The notes under the pieces are model-generated. The model did not search any database and was not told the origin of the DNA. It saw only the letters and a list, made by a program, of their open reading frames with translations. DNA of 64,000 bases from Naegleria gruberi (taxonomy: Eukaryota). The position numbers and the translations under genes were made by a program. Shown one piece after another: positions 34,750-46,033 of the stretch. The stretch is taken from the NCBI GenBank assembly GCA_000004985.1, contig GG738854.1; one strand, 5' to 3'. Each line of letters opens with the position of its first letter. The stretch's first letter is position 1.

Positions 34750-34873
34750 TTTTGATTTTAAATAATAACATAATTTTTTAACTATGTTGTTCTGAACTTG
34801 CCGAAAAACACAACTTGGTACTGTGACAGGTTGTGGATATTTATAAATCTATTTTTTACATATAATAATGTAA

Positions 34874-34945
34874 AGCAAATTGGCGCAGCGGAAGCGCGAT
34901 GGGCTCATAACCCATAGGTCCTAGGATCGAAACCTAGATTTGCTA
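34874..34945 (+). tRNA. Initiator tRNA-Met (CAU)
   Basis: 72-nt cloverleaf read directly: acceptor AGCAAAT/ATTTGCT (A1:U72), D-stem GCGC/GCGC, anticodon stem ATGGG/CCCAT (three G:C pairs), loop CTCATAA, T-stem CTAGG/CCTAG, T-loop ATCGAAA (A54/A60). These are eukaryotic initiator hallmarks. No intron. An oligo-T terminator (TTTTTTT) lies ~10 nt downstream. Confidence 0.9.
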
Positions 34946-35246
34946 CTCCTTTTTTTGCTTTATAAAAAGATTAAACAATTTTGCAAGATGTATTGCAAGA
35001 CGGAATATTAATAATGTTGAGGTCTTTATTAGTAAATTTTACAAGAGAGGACAAATGAAAGAATTATTTTAACCAAACAATACAAAAAAATGTCTCACGG
35101 TATGTAGGCCAATCATCCAGATTTTTTCAATGCATTATCACATCATATTACAAACCTTGATCGGAATAACAAAAACCATAGGAAGTGAATCAAAGGTCGT
35201 CATTGAAGGTAGGTACAGTAATTAGCAATAGTATGAGGTAATTGTG

Positions 35247-36034
35247 ATGGTTTCAAAAGGTGTCAATCAAAGTAAAGCCTATGTTGGTGTACATGCTGCC
35301 TCTGGTATCATTAGTTTCCTCGTTGCTAGAGGTATTCTCCTTGTTCCAATTCAAAATGAAAAGACTAGAAGGCAATTTAATACTCCAAATATTAGTAGTG
35401 AACCATTGACTTTTGGATTAGGCCAAGAAGTGCTCATTCAATTCTCAAATTTCTTCTTGAGAGTAGGAATTAACTCTGCATTAAACGCAATGAAATTGGA
35501 TCTTCCTCCAATTGTGCCAAGTGTTTTGAGTGACATTGCTGTCTATCCACTTGTTGCTAAGAGAGTTAGAGCCATTATTGCTGGTTCTGGCCTTATTACT
35601 CAAGTTGAAAAGCCATCATGGACTAAATGGCTTACTTCAGTTGCTACCTATGTACTTTATGGAATAGTAGAGGAAGCATTGTACAATGTAATTTTTGAAA
35701 AGGTTTCTGATTCTGATCTTTTACCTATTGACACAACTTCAAGTGTTTATAATGAACGTTTGGTCCAAGGATTGTGTCTTGGCCTTTCAAAGGTTGCCCT
35801 TTCACCACTTGAAATTATCTATAAGGTATGTCAGTAATTATTTTCCAATTTAGTTACCAACCTAACAATTCAAAGAATCAAATGGTTTTCAATGGAGTTC
35901 CTGCCATCAATAGAAATAACTTTTTATCACTTTATACAAGAGGATCTTACTTTGGAATTTTGGAAGGTATTTCATTAACCTATGTAAAATATGCTGTTTT
36001 TAATATTTTAAATGAAAACTTGACAAAACATTGA
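35247..36034 (+). CDS. Hypothetical protein, 2 exons
   Basis: ORF 35244-35837 (ATG at 35247) ends ...PLEIIYK at a GTATGT donor. A ~50-nt intron follows. ORF 35828-36034 resumes in frame at NQMVFNGVPAINRNN... No recognisable domain. Confidence 0.35.
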
Positions 36035-36079
36035 AGTTGAACATCATCTAAACAGTACAATAAATGTTTATTTAAATTA

Positions 36080-37318
36080 CTATATTCCCATGGCATTCAA
36101 TCTTTCAGAAGCTGATTCGGTGGTGGTTTTCTGAACGACGTACTTGAAATTAGAGTGAATTCTCTCCAGATCATTATTTAGAAAATCATCAACCATTTCA
36201 AGCAATTCAGAATTTTCTTCAATAATGCTCTGATCTGGAATATCCATTAAATTGAACATTAATTGATTATTCTTATTTGTGGAGCCACTCTCTGAAAAAT
36301 CAATATTTCTCAAAACTGGAAGCGAGTCTTCTCTGATTCTAAATTCGAATGGCTTTTCACCTTTAAGAATTTCTGTGTCTTTAATCCATGAAAAGAATGC
36401 GCTTCCTGTATATTGATTAAATGGATTGAATTCCAGAACTTGAACATTGAGATTATCCATATCGTGTAGTTTTTCTTCGTCTGAGGATAATGGATAAATT
36501 ACTAAATCCATTACACTGTTATCAAATGGAATTTCGTCCTTAATCTTTTCAAAAAAGTTTAACATTGCCTTCAAATATAAATCCTTATGGTTACACAAAT
36601 CTTCAAAGAAAAGAGCATCATTATATTGTGAAATGGCACACAATTTTCTATTATAAACAAAAGTTCTGAATTCGTATTGAATATTATGATTTGGAATCCA
36701 TTTTCTCAATACGAAAAAGACATTCCACAATGAATCGTCATTTCTATACTTGAGTGCAATATTTAAATCATCATAGACACGAGTAGAACTTGTCATCATT
36801 TCAATAGCCTCTTGTCCACTTTCAAATTTCATAACTTCCACTTGAGATTCAAAGAATGCAATGAATTCATTATTTTGCTTATCTTGATCTGATTGAATTT
36901 TAGCATTTTCACCTCCAAAAGAAAACATTGCATTCTTTTCATAAAGCTTTCTCTGAAGAATTTGACGAATCTTTTGGGAATTAAAAGCAGCATCTTTAGG
37001 AGATCTAGAACTCAATCTAATAAAAGCACTGCTCACATCCATTTCTTCATCATAAAATTCAGAATTATTTGTAAGTTCATCATCAATTTTTCCTTCCAAT
37101 TTCTTTAAAATTTCATAATCATCACCACTTGGTGATTGATCCTTCGTTTTCTTAATATGAAATTCGTATTGTTTAATCATGACTTTAGCTTCGGATTGAG
37201 TGATAGGAATAAATTTAGTATAAGTTGTAAACTTGGAACATTTTTCATACCAAGCATCAATGTCATATTCAAACCCGTATCGTTCACTTGGGTTGGATAA
37301 ATCTTTAGGTTCTGTCAT
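36080..37318 (-). CDS. CDC123: Cell division cycle protein 123 (CDC123/D123 family)
   Basis: ATG at 37318. The D123-family signature FIRLSSRSPKDA and a length of ~410 aa match. No introns. Confidence 0.75.
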   Translation of the reverse strand: MTEPKDLSNPSERYGFEYDIDAWYEKCSKFTTYTKFIPITQSEAKVMIKQYEFHIKKTKDQSPSGDDYEILKKLEGKIDDELTNNSEFYDEEMDVSSAFIRLSSRSPKDAAFNSQKIRQILQRKLYEKNAMFSFGGENAKIQSDQDKQNNEFIAFFESQVEVMKFESGQEAIEMMTSSTRVYDDLNIALKYRNDDSLWNVFFVLRKWIPNHNIQYEFRTFVYNRKLCAISQYNDALFFEDLCNHKDLYLKAMLNFFEKIKDEIPFDNSVMDLVIYPLSSDEEKLHDMDNLNVQVLEFNPFNQYTGSAFFSWIKDTEILKGEKPFEFRIREDSLPVLRNIDFSESGSTNKNNQLMFNLMDIPDQSIIEENSELLEMVDDFLNNDLERIHSNFKYVVQKTTTESASERLNAMGI

Positions 37319-38589
37319 TGCTAAATTCTTTCTATTTTTTTCAGTTTTTAATTTTGAAAAGTGCAAAGATGAAATTTACCTCCTTTACATGTTGTAACGT
37401 AATCAAACAATCTTAATAACATCTCTGATCCAATAAGAATTGTCCAATGATTACCAATATCAAATAAATATAATTTAAAATCATATCGGAAGATAATTTT
37501 CCAAAGCACAAGTAAGATAATTCAAGGTATTGATAAAAAAATTGTTAATGTTCGAATGTTGCATCACATGCAAACAACTAACATGTGAGGAATTGCTTCA
37601 CTATCATGAATAGATGGCTTAATACTGTCCATGAATGTCTAGTTGGTTTCATAGAGCAAGTTGTTTTTTCTGAGAGAGCATGTATTTGAAACATGCATAT
37701 TAATAGACACAGGGCCTTGCCAACTTTTTTGCACAACATGTGGAAACAAAAGAGATGGGAAATAACTAACAGTAATTGAGTTGTGGATTTAGTTTTTCTT
37801 ATTGCCATTCCTATCCTTCAGTTCCATATTCATAAAAATATATTAATACAAATTGGTTTTATTTGACCTAAACCTTATTGAGAAACAGCTACATTAATTT
37901 CTTCAGTGCTATTTATGTAGTATTTTGGGATCCTTTGGGTTGTAATATTCTTTTGTAAAACAAGAAGATTTGAATGTTTTCCTGTGTGCAACTTAAAGCT
38001 CAAGATCCAAACAAGATTCAATAAAAATAATATAAAAAAAATTGCATTGTTGACCTCAGCAGTTCTCTAAAGAATGGATTTGATAATGCCAACTTTCAAT
38101 AACTTCCAATATCGAGGTTTAGCTGATACTAAGAAATCTGATATTACCAAGACCTACCAGGGGATACATGCTCAAGCTCAATAACTAGTTATTGAACATC
38201 TATTATTAATAATACTCCAGTGTCATCTTCGTAGACTGTCTTGATGCATATTGTAACAGCATTCTCTGATGAACTTTGAGAAGAACATTACAATGAATGG
38301 TATGGAAAGAAATTGTTAAGTTTCAGTTACCTTGTCAATTGTTCATGGTAGCGTTAGAATTTCAATATGAATGAAGAATTGAGTTAACCTGTCTATCCCA
38401 ATTATCATTTCTAATATTTTTAAAGATTATGGAACGGATACATTATTAATTCCAATCAGGGAAGAATTGTCTTATTAACCCTCAATTGGACTAACTTTGA
38501 CACTAATCGGAGAAAACCCATATGAAAGAGGACTGTACTAACTTCTTTTTAATTTATCATATTACTGATGAACATGTAGTAAAAAGCCG

Positions 38590-40647
38590 ATGCTAGTAAA
38601 AAAAATGCACAGAATCAACTATGCTGTACTCACCTTACTCTTTTTGCTGCACATTAGTGCCATTTTAGGCGTTATTAACACCTCGATGAATAGTAATAAA
38701 ACAGTGCTTAATGATGTTGTGCTTCCTGGAGAGGAGCAATGCTTTGTGAGGCACCATTCGGATCCAATACGGTTTTTGTGGAGTATTAACAATAACGATT
38801 ATAGTGATGAGGCAGAAAATTCTTCCTTCCGAAATATTACACTCAATATAAAAGCCTCAAAAATGAGCGCGACTTTTTGCATTGGTCTCCAGCTATTCTC
38901 TGAGGGAGATAAGTTTTTCATGTCGCCCATAACTGAAAATTATTATATGAAAGAACCATTAAGCAATGATTTTACAATGATTGAGGATGTCAGGTATCGG
39001 CTGTATTGCTATTTTCAAAGACTAGGAACCTTGGATTATGACATCCTTCCATCAACATTTTGTCAGACAAGAAATGGAACTTCATTTCAAGAAGGATGTT
39101 CTTATGGATATGCAAACCAAAAATTAGATTCTTTCCTTGCCAGAGCAGATTGGAAATTCACTCTCAGACAACCATTCAAGCAATATGATGCTAGCATGAC
39201 AGATTTGGAAATTAAGATTCCAATGTTATTACCTGCAAAAATTGATGTTCAACTACATTTGGTGTTTGTGGATATGTACTGGCGATTTTGGATAGACCCC
39301 TTCTCAACTTATGGATTAGTCGGATCTTCCTATTATATACCAATTATTTCACAAAATTTGACCTTAGCAAACTCACTGAAACCTTATTGGCACGATGAGT
39401 GTGATATTTTGACTTATAACTCAAGACCACAATATTATTATTGGAAAATGGTATCTTTATCTATTGGAGTGGCTGAGTTTTCTATTATTCTTGTAATGTT
39501 ATTTATTAAGAGAAATCATCATATGATCAAAAGTAGATTTGTCGTTCCATATTTCTCTTGTGGATTGTATCTCGCCCAAGGAGTGGCAAGTATAATCTTA
39601 AATATTATATATTATGATCCAGAGTGGGACACTTTGATGGAAGAACTTGTGGTGATTGCAGTGCTTTCTTTGCATTTCTTGCAGGTGTTGAGATATTATG
39701 CTTGCCGATACTTTTATTCAAAACATTATTCGAAAAGAGATAGTATCATTTTGAAAGTACTATTGTCCAAGTTCTTATTCTTGGTTTCTATCATTTTTGT
39801 CCTAATGTGTGAGGCTACAATTGTTACTTTTTTAATGACCTCGATTTCATACCTTAACCTTGCCAATTATGTGTACGACTCAATTTGTCTCATAGTAGCT
39901 GTTGGTTATATTTCAGTATTAGGTGTAGGATTAGCAGCCCATTTTGTTTCGAACAAAAACTTTATTCAAACACTTAAGAATAAGAGGAGAATTGCAAGGT
40001 GGTTCTTTCTGTATGATGATACCTTTGGCTACAATATTGAATTCTTTGTTCAAATCCCACCATTATGTTTTGTATTTCTTCATTTTACTGTTTCTCAATT
40101 AGATGTCTCATATCTCACGATACTAGTATTTGACCATACGCGTCCAATCTCTACCATGTACACAAACCATACCATTGGTTATATCTTATATGGTGTAAGC
40201 AAAATATTAATGATAACTGGGTTCACCTTTCAAAATTTGTTTCTAATTATTTACACATTCGTAAAAATTGAACAACCTGTTATAGATGATTACGGTTCAC
40301 AACAAGAGGAAATGGATTTATTTCTCTCTAAAACATTTAGTGATGGAACTGTTTGCATGGATATTATGAAACAATTTCTTGCAAGAGAATTCAGAGTTGA
40401 GCTATTAGAATTATATATTTTCTTGTCCAAAAATCCAAAGGCAGGCGATTTTGAATTGAGTGAAAAATATCCACATTACTCGACCGTCAGTGGTATTTCA
40501 GATACTTCTCCTAGCACTCAATATGAAATTATTACACGAAATTTATTAGAGGCATTTGGACGACTGAAACAAACAGTTGTGTATGAAGAGGAATATCTGA
40601 AGAAAAATATGGATGAAATTGAGTTTGTATTTAACAGCATAACGTAG
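38590..40647 (+). CDS. 7TM receptor-like protein with signal peptide, ectodomain and a C-terminal RGS-like segment
   Basis: 685-aa ORF. N-terminal signal (LLFLLHISAILG), ~250-aa ectodomain, seven hydrophobic helices, then a C-terminal MKQFLAREFRVELLELYIFLSK segment resembling the F..FL..EFSEENLEFW helix of RGS domains. Confidence 0.5.
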   Translation: MLVKKMHRINYAVLTLLFLLHISAILGVINTSMNSNKTVLNDVVLPGEEQCFVRHHSDPIRFLWSINNNDYSDEAENSSFRNITLNIKASKMSATFCIGLQLFSEGDKFFMSPITENYYMKEPLSNDFTMIEDVRYRLYCYFQRLGTLDYDILPSTFCQTRNGTSFQEGCSYGYANQKLDSFLARADWKFTLRQPFKQYDASMTDLEIKIPMLLPAKIDVQLHLVFVDMYWRFWIDPFSTYGLVGSSYYIPIISQNLTLANSLKPYWHDECDILTYNSRPQYYYWKMVSLSIGVAEFSIILVMLFIKRNHHMIKSRFVVPYFSCGLYLAQGVASIILNIIYYDPEWDTLMEELVVIAVLSLHFLQVLRYYACRYFYSKHYSKRDSIILKVLLSKFLFLVSIIFVLMCEATIVTFLMTSISYLNLANYVYDSICLIVAVGYISVLGVGLAAHFVSNKNFIQTLKNKRRIARWFFLYDDTFGYNIEFFVQIPPLCFVFLHFTVSQLDVSYLTILVFDHTRPISTMYTNHTIGYILYGVSKILMITGFTFQNLFLIIYTFVKIEQPVIDDYGSQQEEMDLFLSKTFSDGTVCMDIMKQFLAREFRVELLELYIFLSKNPKAGDFELSEKYPHYSTVSGISDTSPSTQYEIITRNLLEAFGRLKQTVVYEEEYLKKNMDEIEFVFNSIT

Positions 40648-40826
40648 TTTCAATCAACCTAAATGAATTATTAAATATGTTTGCTTATTCTCCTTGACTA
40701 CGGCACTAATCAAGTTGACACGATCTCTTATTGAGTCACTCAATAACAAGTGGCCGTTCACCCTCTAATCCAACACATTGAAAATAAGCGATCAACAGTT
40801 CTGTCAAGTATCATTACTCAAAAAAA

Positions 40827-43800
40827 ATGGCATCGGAAGGTGACAGCCAAACAGCCATTGATTCAGGGTAAGTGAACTAATGACATGTTAACCATCAATG
40901 CCTCCCACAACACAGTTATTCTGATTCAACTCCCCAAGTGAAAACTGTAACCTCCAACAAGAGAGGTCTCATGAAGAGAACAGCAACATTTCACAATAAT
41001 AATTCATCACCAACCACAACTACACCAAATACTCTCGATTCATCAACCACTCCAACAACTCCTTCCAATGATAGTCAATCAGGAAGGGAATCCAGTGGTT
41101 CTAAAATTGTGAAGAGAGTTGTAAAGAGACAAATTACAAATAATTCAACAACCACAAATAATAATCCATCCAATTCCACTTCATTATTATCATCATCACT
41201 CCAACAAGGATCATCCAGTACCATCCCAATAGGTGGTAGTGTAAACTCCAATCATCATCATGATAATAGTACTTCCTCTTCACCTCCTTCTGCCATCTCA
41301 AGATCATGGCATCACTCGAGGAAGACTAAACTTTCATCATCATCCAATATTGTTGGTAGTGTTGGTAATAATGGTGAATTTTCTCCTTCCTCTCCCACCA
41401 TTTCATCCTCCTTCAATAATAATTCCTTCTCTCCCAATTATAATAACAATAATTCACCATCGTCATCACTTCCTCACTCTAATTCCTTCCAATCCAAACT
41501 CTCCTTTAAAAAATCGAATACAATTAAAAATAAGGCTTCTCCAACAAATGGTGTAGATCAACAACAATCATCATCAACCTCGATAGGTGGTGGGAATGGA
41601 AGGATTACTTCACCTGGTTTTTATAGAGAAGGTGATTTGGATGAGGGAGATGTATTGTTTGCTAGAAAGACTGAAGGATCTGAACGTTCTTCCAATGCTC
41701 AAAGTTCTGATACCAATGATGAGGGTACAACAGATGACGATGAAGAAAATGGAGGAAGAAGAGCACAGGACCAAAGTGAGGGAAGTTGGGACCGATCAGC
41801 TCCTTTTAGAGTGCACCAAGATTCTTCTTCGACAAGAAAAAAGACAAATTATCAACCTCCTGCTCTTTTAAATAGGAAAATTATTCCTCCATCCGAACTG
41901 TATGGTGCAAGTCTTGCTGCTTCTATAATGGATAATTCTTCTCTGATGAATGCATCTGTTGGATCAATGGAAGGTAAAATGGTGGAAGAAGCTGTTGAGA
42001 GTGATCCCGAATCATTCTCTTCTGGTGAGGAGTCATCATATTCACATAATAATTTTACAGAAGAGTTGAGTAATTCTCAATTGCAACAGTTGAGTATGAA
42101 ACATTCTCCTTCTTCACCAATATTAGCTTCTTCACCTCGTACTCTTGATATTCCTTTAAATTCTCCTCTTTCTTCTAGTCCAATGCAAAAAATTGCAATG
42201 ACACACAGCAAAAGCTCATCGGATATTAATACTGCACGTTCAAACCAACATACTAAAGGAATGTATTATAGAATGATGACTGGTGGAAATCACACTCAAA
42301 GGAAGAAACAATACAGAAAATTAGTAACCAAAAAGAACATTTTTGGGTTGCCTGTCACTTTTTCAAAGCCAGCACCTGTCACAACAACAGATTATCAAGA
42401 TGAGGAATATGTGAAGGAAATGACAACTACAAAGGATAAGAACAAGAAACCTGTTGTTAATTCTCAACTTAAAAAAATTGATGATTCACAAGATAAGTTA
42501 GAAGATGTCCAGGATAAACTTGCACTTTTCCACAAGATTCAATATGCTCCTGAAGATATGCCTCTTTCTCCTGGTAGATCTTTCCTTGATACTACTCCAA
42601 GAAAGATTGAAAAACCAGAAAAAAAGGATGATAAGAAACAAAAACAAGAAGTACAAACACCAACAACTCCAAAGCCAACAAACGCACCAACAGTCAAGAA
42701 ACATTTTTACAAAGTTAATACTGGAACATGTACATCAATTCCATCTACTGTTCCTCTTAATACTGATAATATTGATAAGAAACAATTTGAACTTGTTTAC
42801 TGGTCCACATACAAGGACTTGGCAGAGGATGAATATCTTATTGAAAAATTCTTTGTTTCTAATTTTAGTGCTATGGATTTATTATATAAATTATTTTATA
42901 ATAATCCAGATGATACAAACAGAAAGAGAAAATTCAAAGAATTATACAATGGTCATCTCATCACAGAACAAATGGAACAATTAAGAGATATTTTCAAACA
43001 AGTTTCTAAAATCAGAATGTGTACACTTGTGAAGAAGAGGGATGAAAGACTTGAGAATAACCAAAAACTTCATGAGGAAAAAATTATGCAAGACTATGAT
43101 TCATCTTCCTCAGATGATGACGTAGACTTGGTTATTAACGAAAAAGGAGAAATTGATAATGTATTCAGTATGAAGAATTTGATGAATAACTTTGACCAAA
43201 ATATTTTGGCAGAAATCAACAAAACTTCTAAAACATCTAGAAACCAAAGAAATATTACTATCAATTCTGAAACATTAACTTCCGAAATTTCTAAATCATC
43301 CCATCTCACTCTAAAAGATTTAGAAAACGAAGAAAGATTTAACATTTCTGCTAAAATTACTGGTGATACCAAAATTGAATTTTATACAATTAGAAATTGG
43401 TTGACTAAGATTTTAGCCTGTTCTATAACAAGAAAAAAGAGAGAAATGTCCACAATTTTACCTATTCAACCAAGAGAAGAACGAGAGGAAAGAATAGAAA
43501 GTTTCTCTGCCTCTCCAGTTACTGCTACCTTGCTGAATATTGCATCTGAAAGAAATGAATGGGCCAATGAAGAAACATACACCTACACCAACACCAATAC
43601 CAATACTAACACTAATACTGACTCTGACTATTCTGATCCTAATCACTTGCAAAGATGGAAGAGAAAGTCAGTTCTTAGAAAGGGTCCGTTGGAGAATAAT
43701 ACACCAAAACTTGAGATGCAACCTACAGAATTGTTGGACTACATGATGGCTCTATCATGCAGTGCTTCAACTTTATTTGACACATTAGACGAATGGGAGG

Positions 43801-44993
43801 TAAGAATTCACGCCTTGTTTGCTTTTTTGGAAACTCTGACTTTGCAAACACCTCACCAAATTAATTGTATTCTAGTATTCTTAGGAGATTTAATCCTCTA
43901 CAATCAAAGCCTAATGAGCTCAGAATTTATTCATGAGTGTTTGATACCTTATTTAGGCACTATCTTGAAAAAACCAGAAAGTATACCTTTTGTAGATCTA
44001 TTTTTGAAGAGAATTACAGAAAGATCACAACTTTTGTACATTAGAGACCAAGCACAAAGAACTATCAATTTAACTTTTGATAACTTTTCTTCCAGTGCTA
44101 ACGAACCAAACTTTTTAGTTATTTCAAGCTTCCAACTTTCTATTCAATTAACATTGATCGAGTTTGATTTATTCAGTATGATGGAACCTTATGAATTTTA
44201 CTCCAGTTATTGGCTATCAAAGAATCGTTTCAAGGTAAAAACACGAGATCCTTCAGCAAACCTTTCTCTCTTTATCAACTTTTACAATACTGTATCATTG
44301 TGGGTTACTGAAACTATCTTGTCCTATTCTGATATCAAAGATAGACACAAAGCCCTTTGTAGATTTATTTCATTGGCTTGGGGATGTTACTCTGTAAGAA
44401 ACTATAATGGATGTTTTGAAATTATCAGTGGTTTATATTCCAATGAAGTTTATAGACTTAGCAAGACATGGTCCATGTTGAGTGAAGAATATTTGAAACG
44501 AGCTCAAACCCTTATTGATCTGACAAGTGTTGCCAACAATTACAGAAACTACAGAGAAGAATTAAAGACAGCAAAGAAACCATGCATTCCAAATATTGCT
44601 GTTCACTTGAAAGATTTAGCAGCAGTTGATGATTCTCAGGAAGATGAAAGAAAATTAACAGAAGAAGAAATGAGACTTTTGGCAGAAAATGATGAATTTT
44701 GCCAACAAGTATTCATCGGAAGAACTCTTGATGAAGATATTGAATACAACTTTAGCAAGAGAAGACTCCAATCAACTTTAATCTGTCAATTATTAAGATA
44801 TCAAAAGACTTCCTATCCATTCAAAGCCAACGATACTCTCAAACATTTCATATGGCGTAATTTACTTCGCATCAATGAAGACATCAGAAGACAAATGGAA
44901 GATAAAAAGATTACCATTGAAAAGTACATCCAAGAGAGAAAGAGACAATTCCTAGTCAAATCCAAACAACTCGAACCAAAATCTACAAGATGA
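40827..44993 (+). CDS. Ras guanine-nucleotide exchange factor (RasGEF/CDC25 family) with long S/T/N-rich N-terminal region, 2 exons
   Basis: ATG at 40827 (MASEGDSQTAIDS), then a 48-nt GTAAGT...CACAG intron at 40868-40915, then the main 1351-codon ORF. The RasGEF catalytic region is in the C-terminal third (LIEFDLFSMMEPYEFYSSYW, CFEIISGLYSNEVYRLSKTW). Confidence 0.85.
40868..40915 (+). other. Spliceosomal intron (48 nt) in the RasGEF gene
   Basis: Donor CAGG|GTAAGT, acceptor CACAG|, phase verified against the downstream frame. Confidence 0.7.
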
Positions 44994-45107
44994 AGCCATC
45001 ATGACTAGCCGTTACATTTAAAATTTAAAAAAAAAGAACAACAATTTTTACCCTTTTGTACAATAAACACCTGTTCCATTAGAAGCCCTTCATCCTTCAT
45101 CATCATC

Positions 45108-45923
45108 ATGCCTGTTGATTTGTACTCTATTAGATATATTGATTGTTCCGAATGGGAGAAGAGGTAAGCATGAATGATTATCAACTTCTTTACAACTATA
45201 TGTATCGATAATAACATTGCTGATGGAATGGTAAATAGCATTAGAGGAACCTTCAAGTTCTCTGCTTTTATTGTTCCTCACGATGATGTACTGAAAAAAG
45301 TTTGTCCATATGATAAGATACCACTAGGTTAGTTAATAACATACTCAAACTAATTACTAACCCTATGATTGTAGATGTGTCACTTGTTCATGTGGCAGAT
45401 TACAGTCAATACTTTGATATTCATGATAATCCAAGAGCCTTACTCTCTATTCAGGCTCCATCATCAAAGAGAGAAACAAATCAATTACAACAACAATCGA
45501 AAGGTATTTACTAATATTAGAGGACTTTACTAACCCTTTTTCAAAGATAATAGCTCACTTTCTTTCCATCCTTTGGATTACGTCTTTTCCAGTGAGATTA
45601 GATATGAGCTATTTCTATATTGTGATGATCAACTGTTATTGCAGAGGTTTATTTCACCATATGAATGGATTCCAAACTCTCAAAAACAAGGTAAACATGT
45701 TGATCAAACTATTGGACATTACAATCAATTAAAGATTCAATTCAAGTTTGTGAGTGAAGGTAAGGCAAGTGCTACATTAACGAGGAGAGAGAAACTCAAA
45801 TCAAGTAACGAAATTGCAGCAGATTGTAAGAGAAGAAAATTGGAGAATACATCTAATGAAATCAATAACCAATTTTATCAAATTCAAAAGATTACTTTCC
45901 ATTTTAGTTTGTGGGATTATTGA
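45108..45923 (+). CDS. Hypothetical protein, 4 exons
   Basis: ATG at 45108. Three short introns have GTAAGC/GTTAGT/GTATTT donors. Two introns carry an identical TACTAACCCT branch-site 10-mer. The last exon is ORF 45573-45923. No recognisable domain. Confidence 0.4.
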
Positions 45924-46033
45924 AAATGATTAAGACCTAGGAAATCTAAGAATGTACATAATATTAAACTAACTAAATTATTTTATTGTAAGTTAAACTC
46001 TTAATTGAAAATTCAAAAACTTATTCCATCTTT

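Noticed and set aside
45300-45545. Strict yeast-type TACTAAC branch sites, as evidence for a Saccharomycotina yeast
   Set aside because: Only two introns (same gene) have TACTAAC. Most use looser CTAAC/CTAAT. Intron density and gene content do not fit Saccharomycotina.
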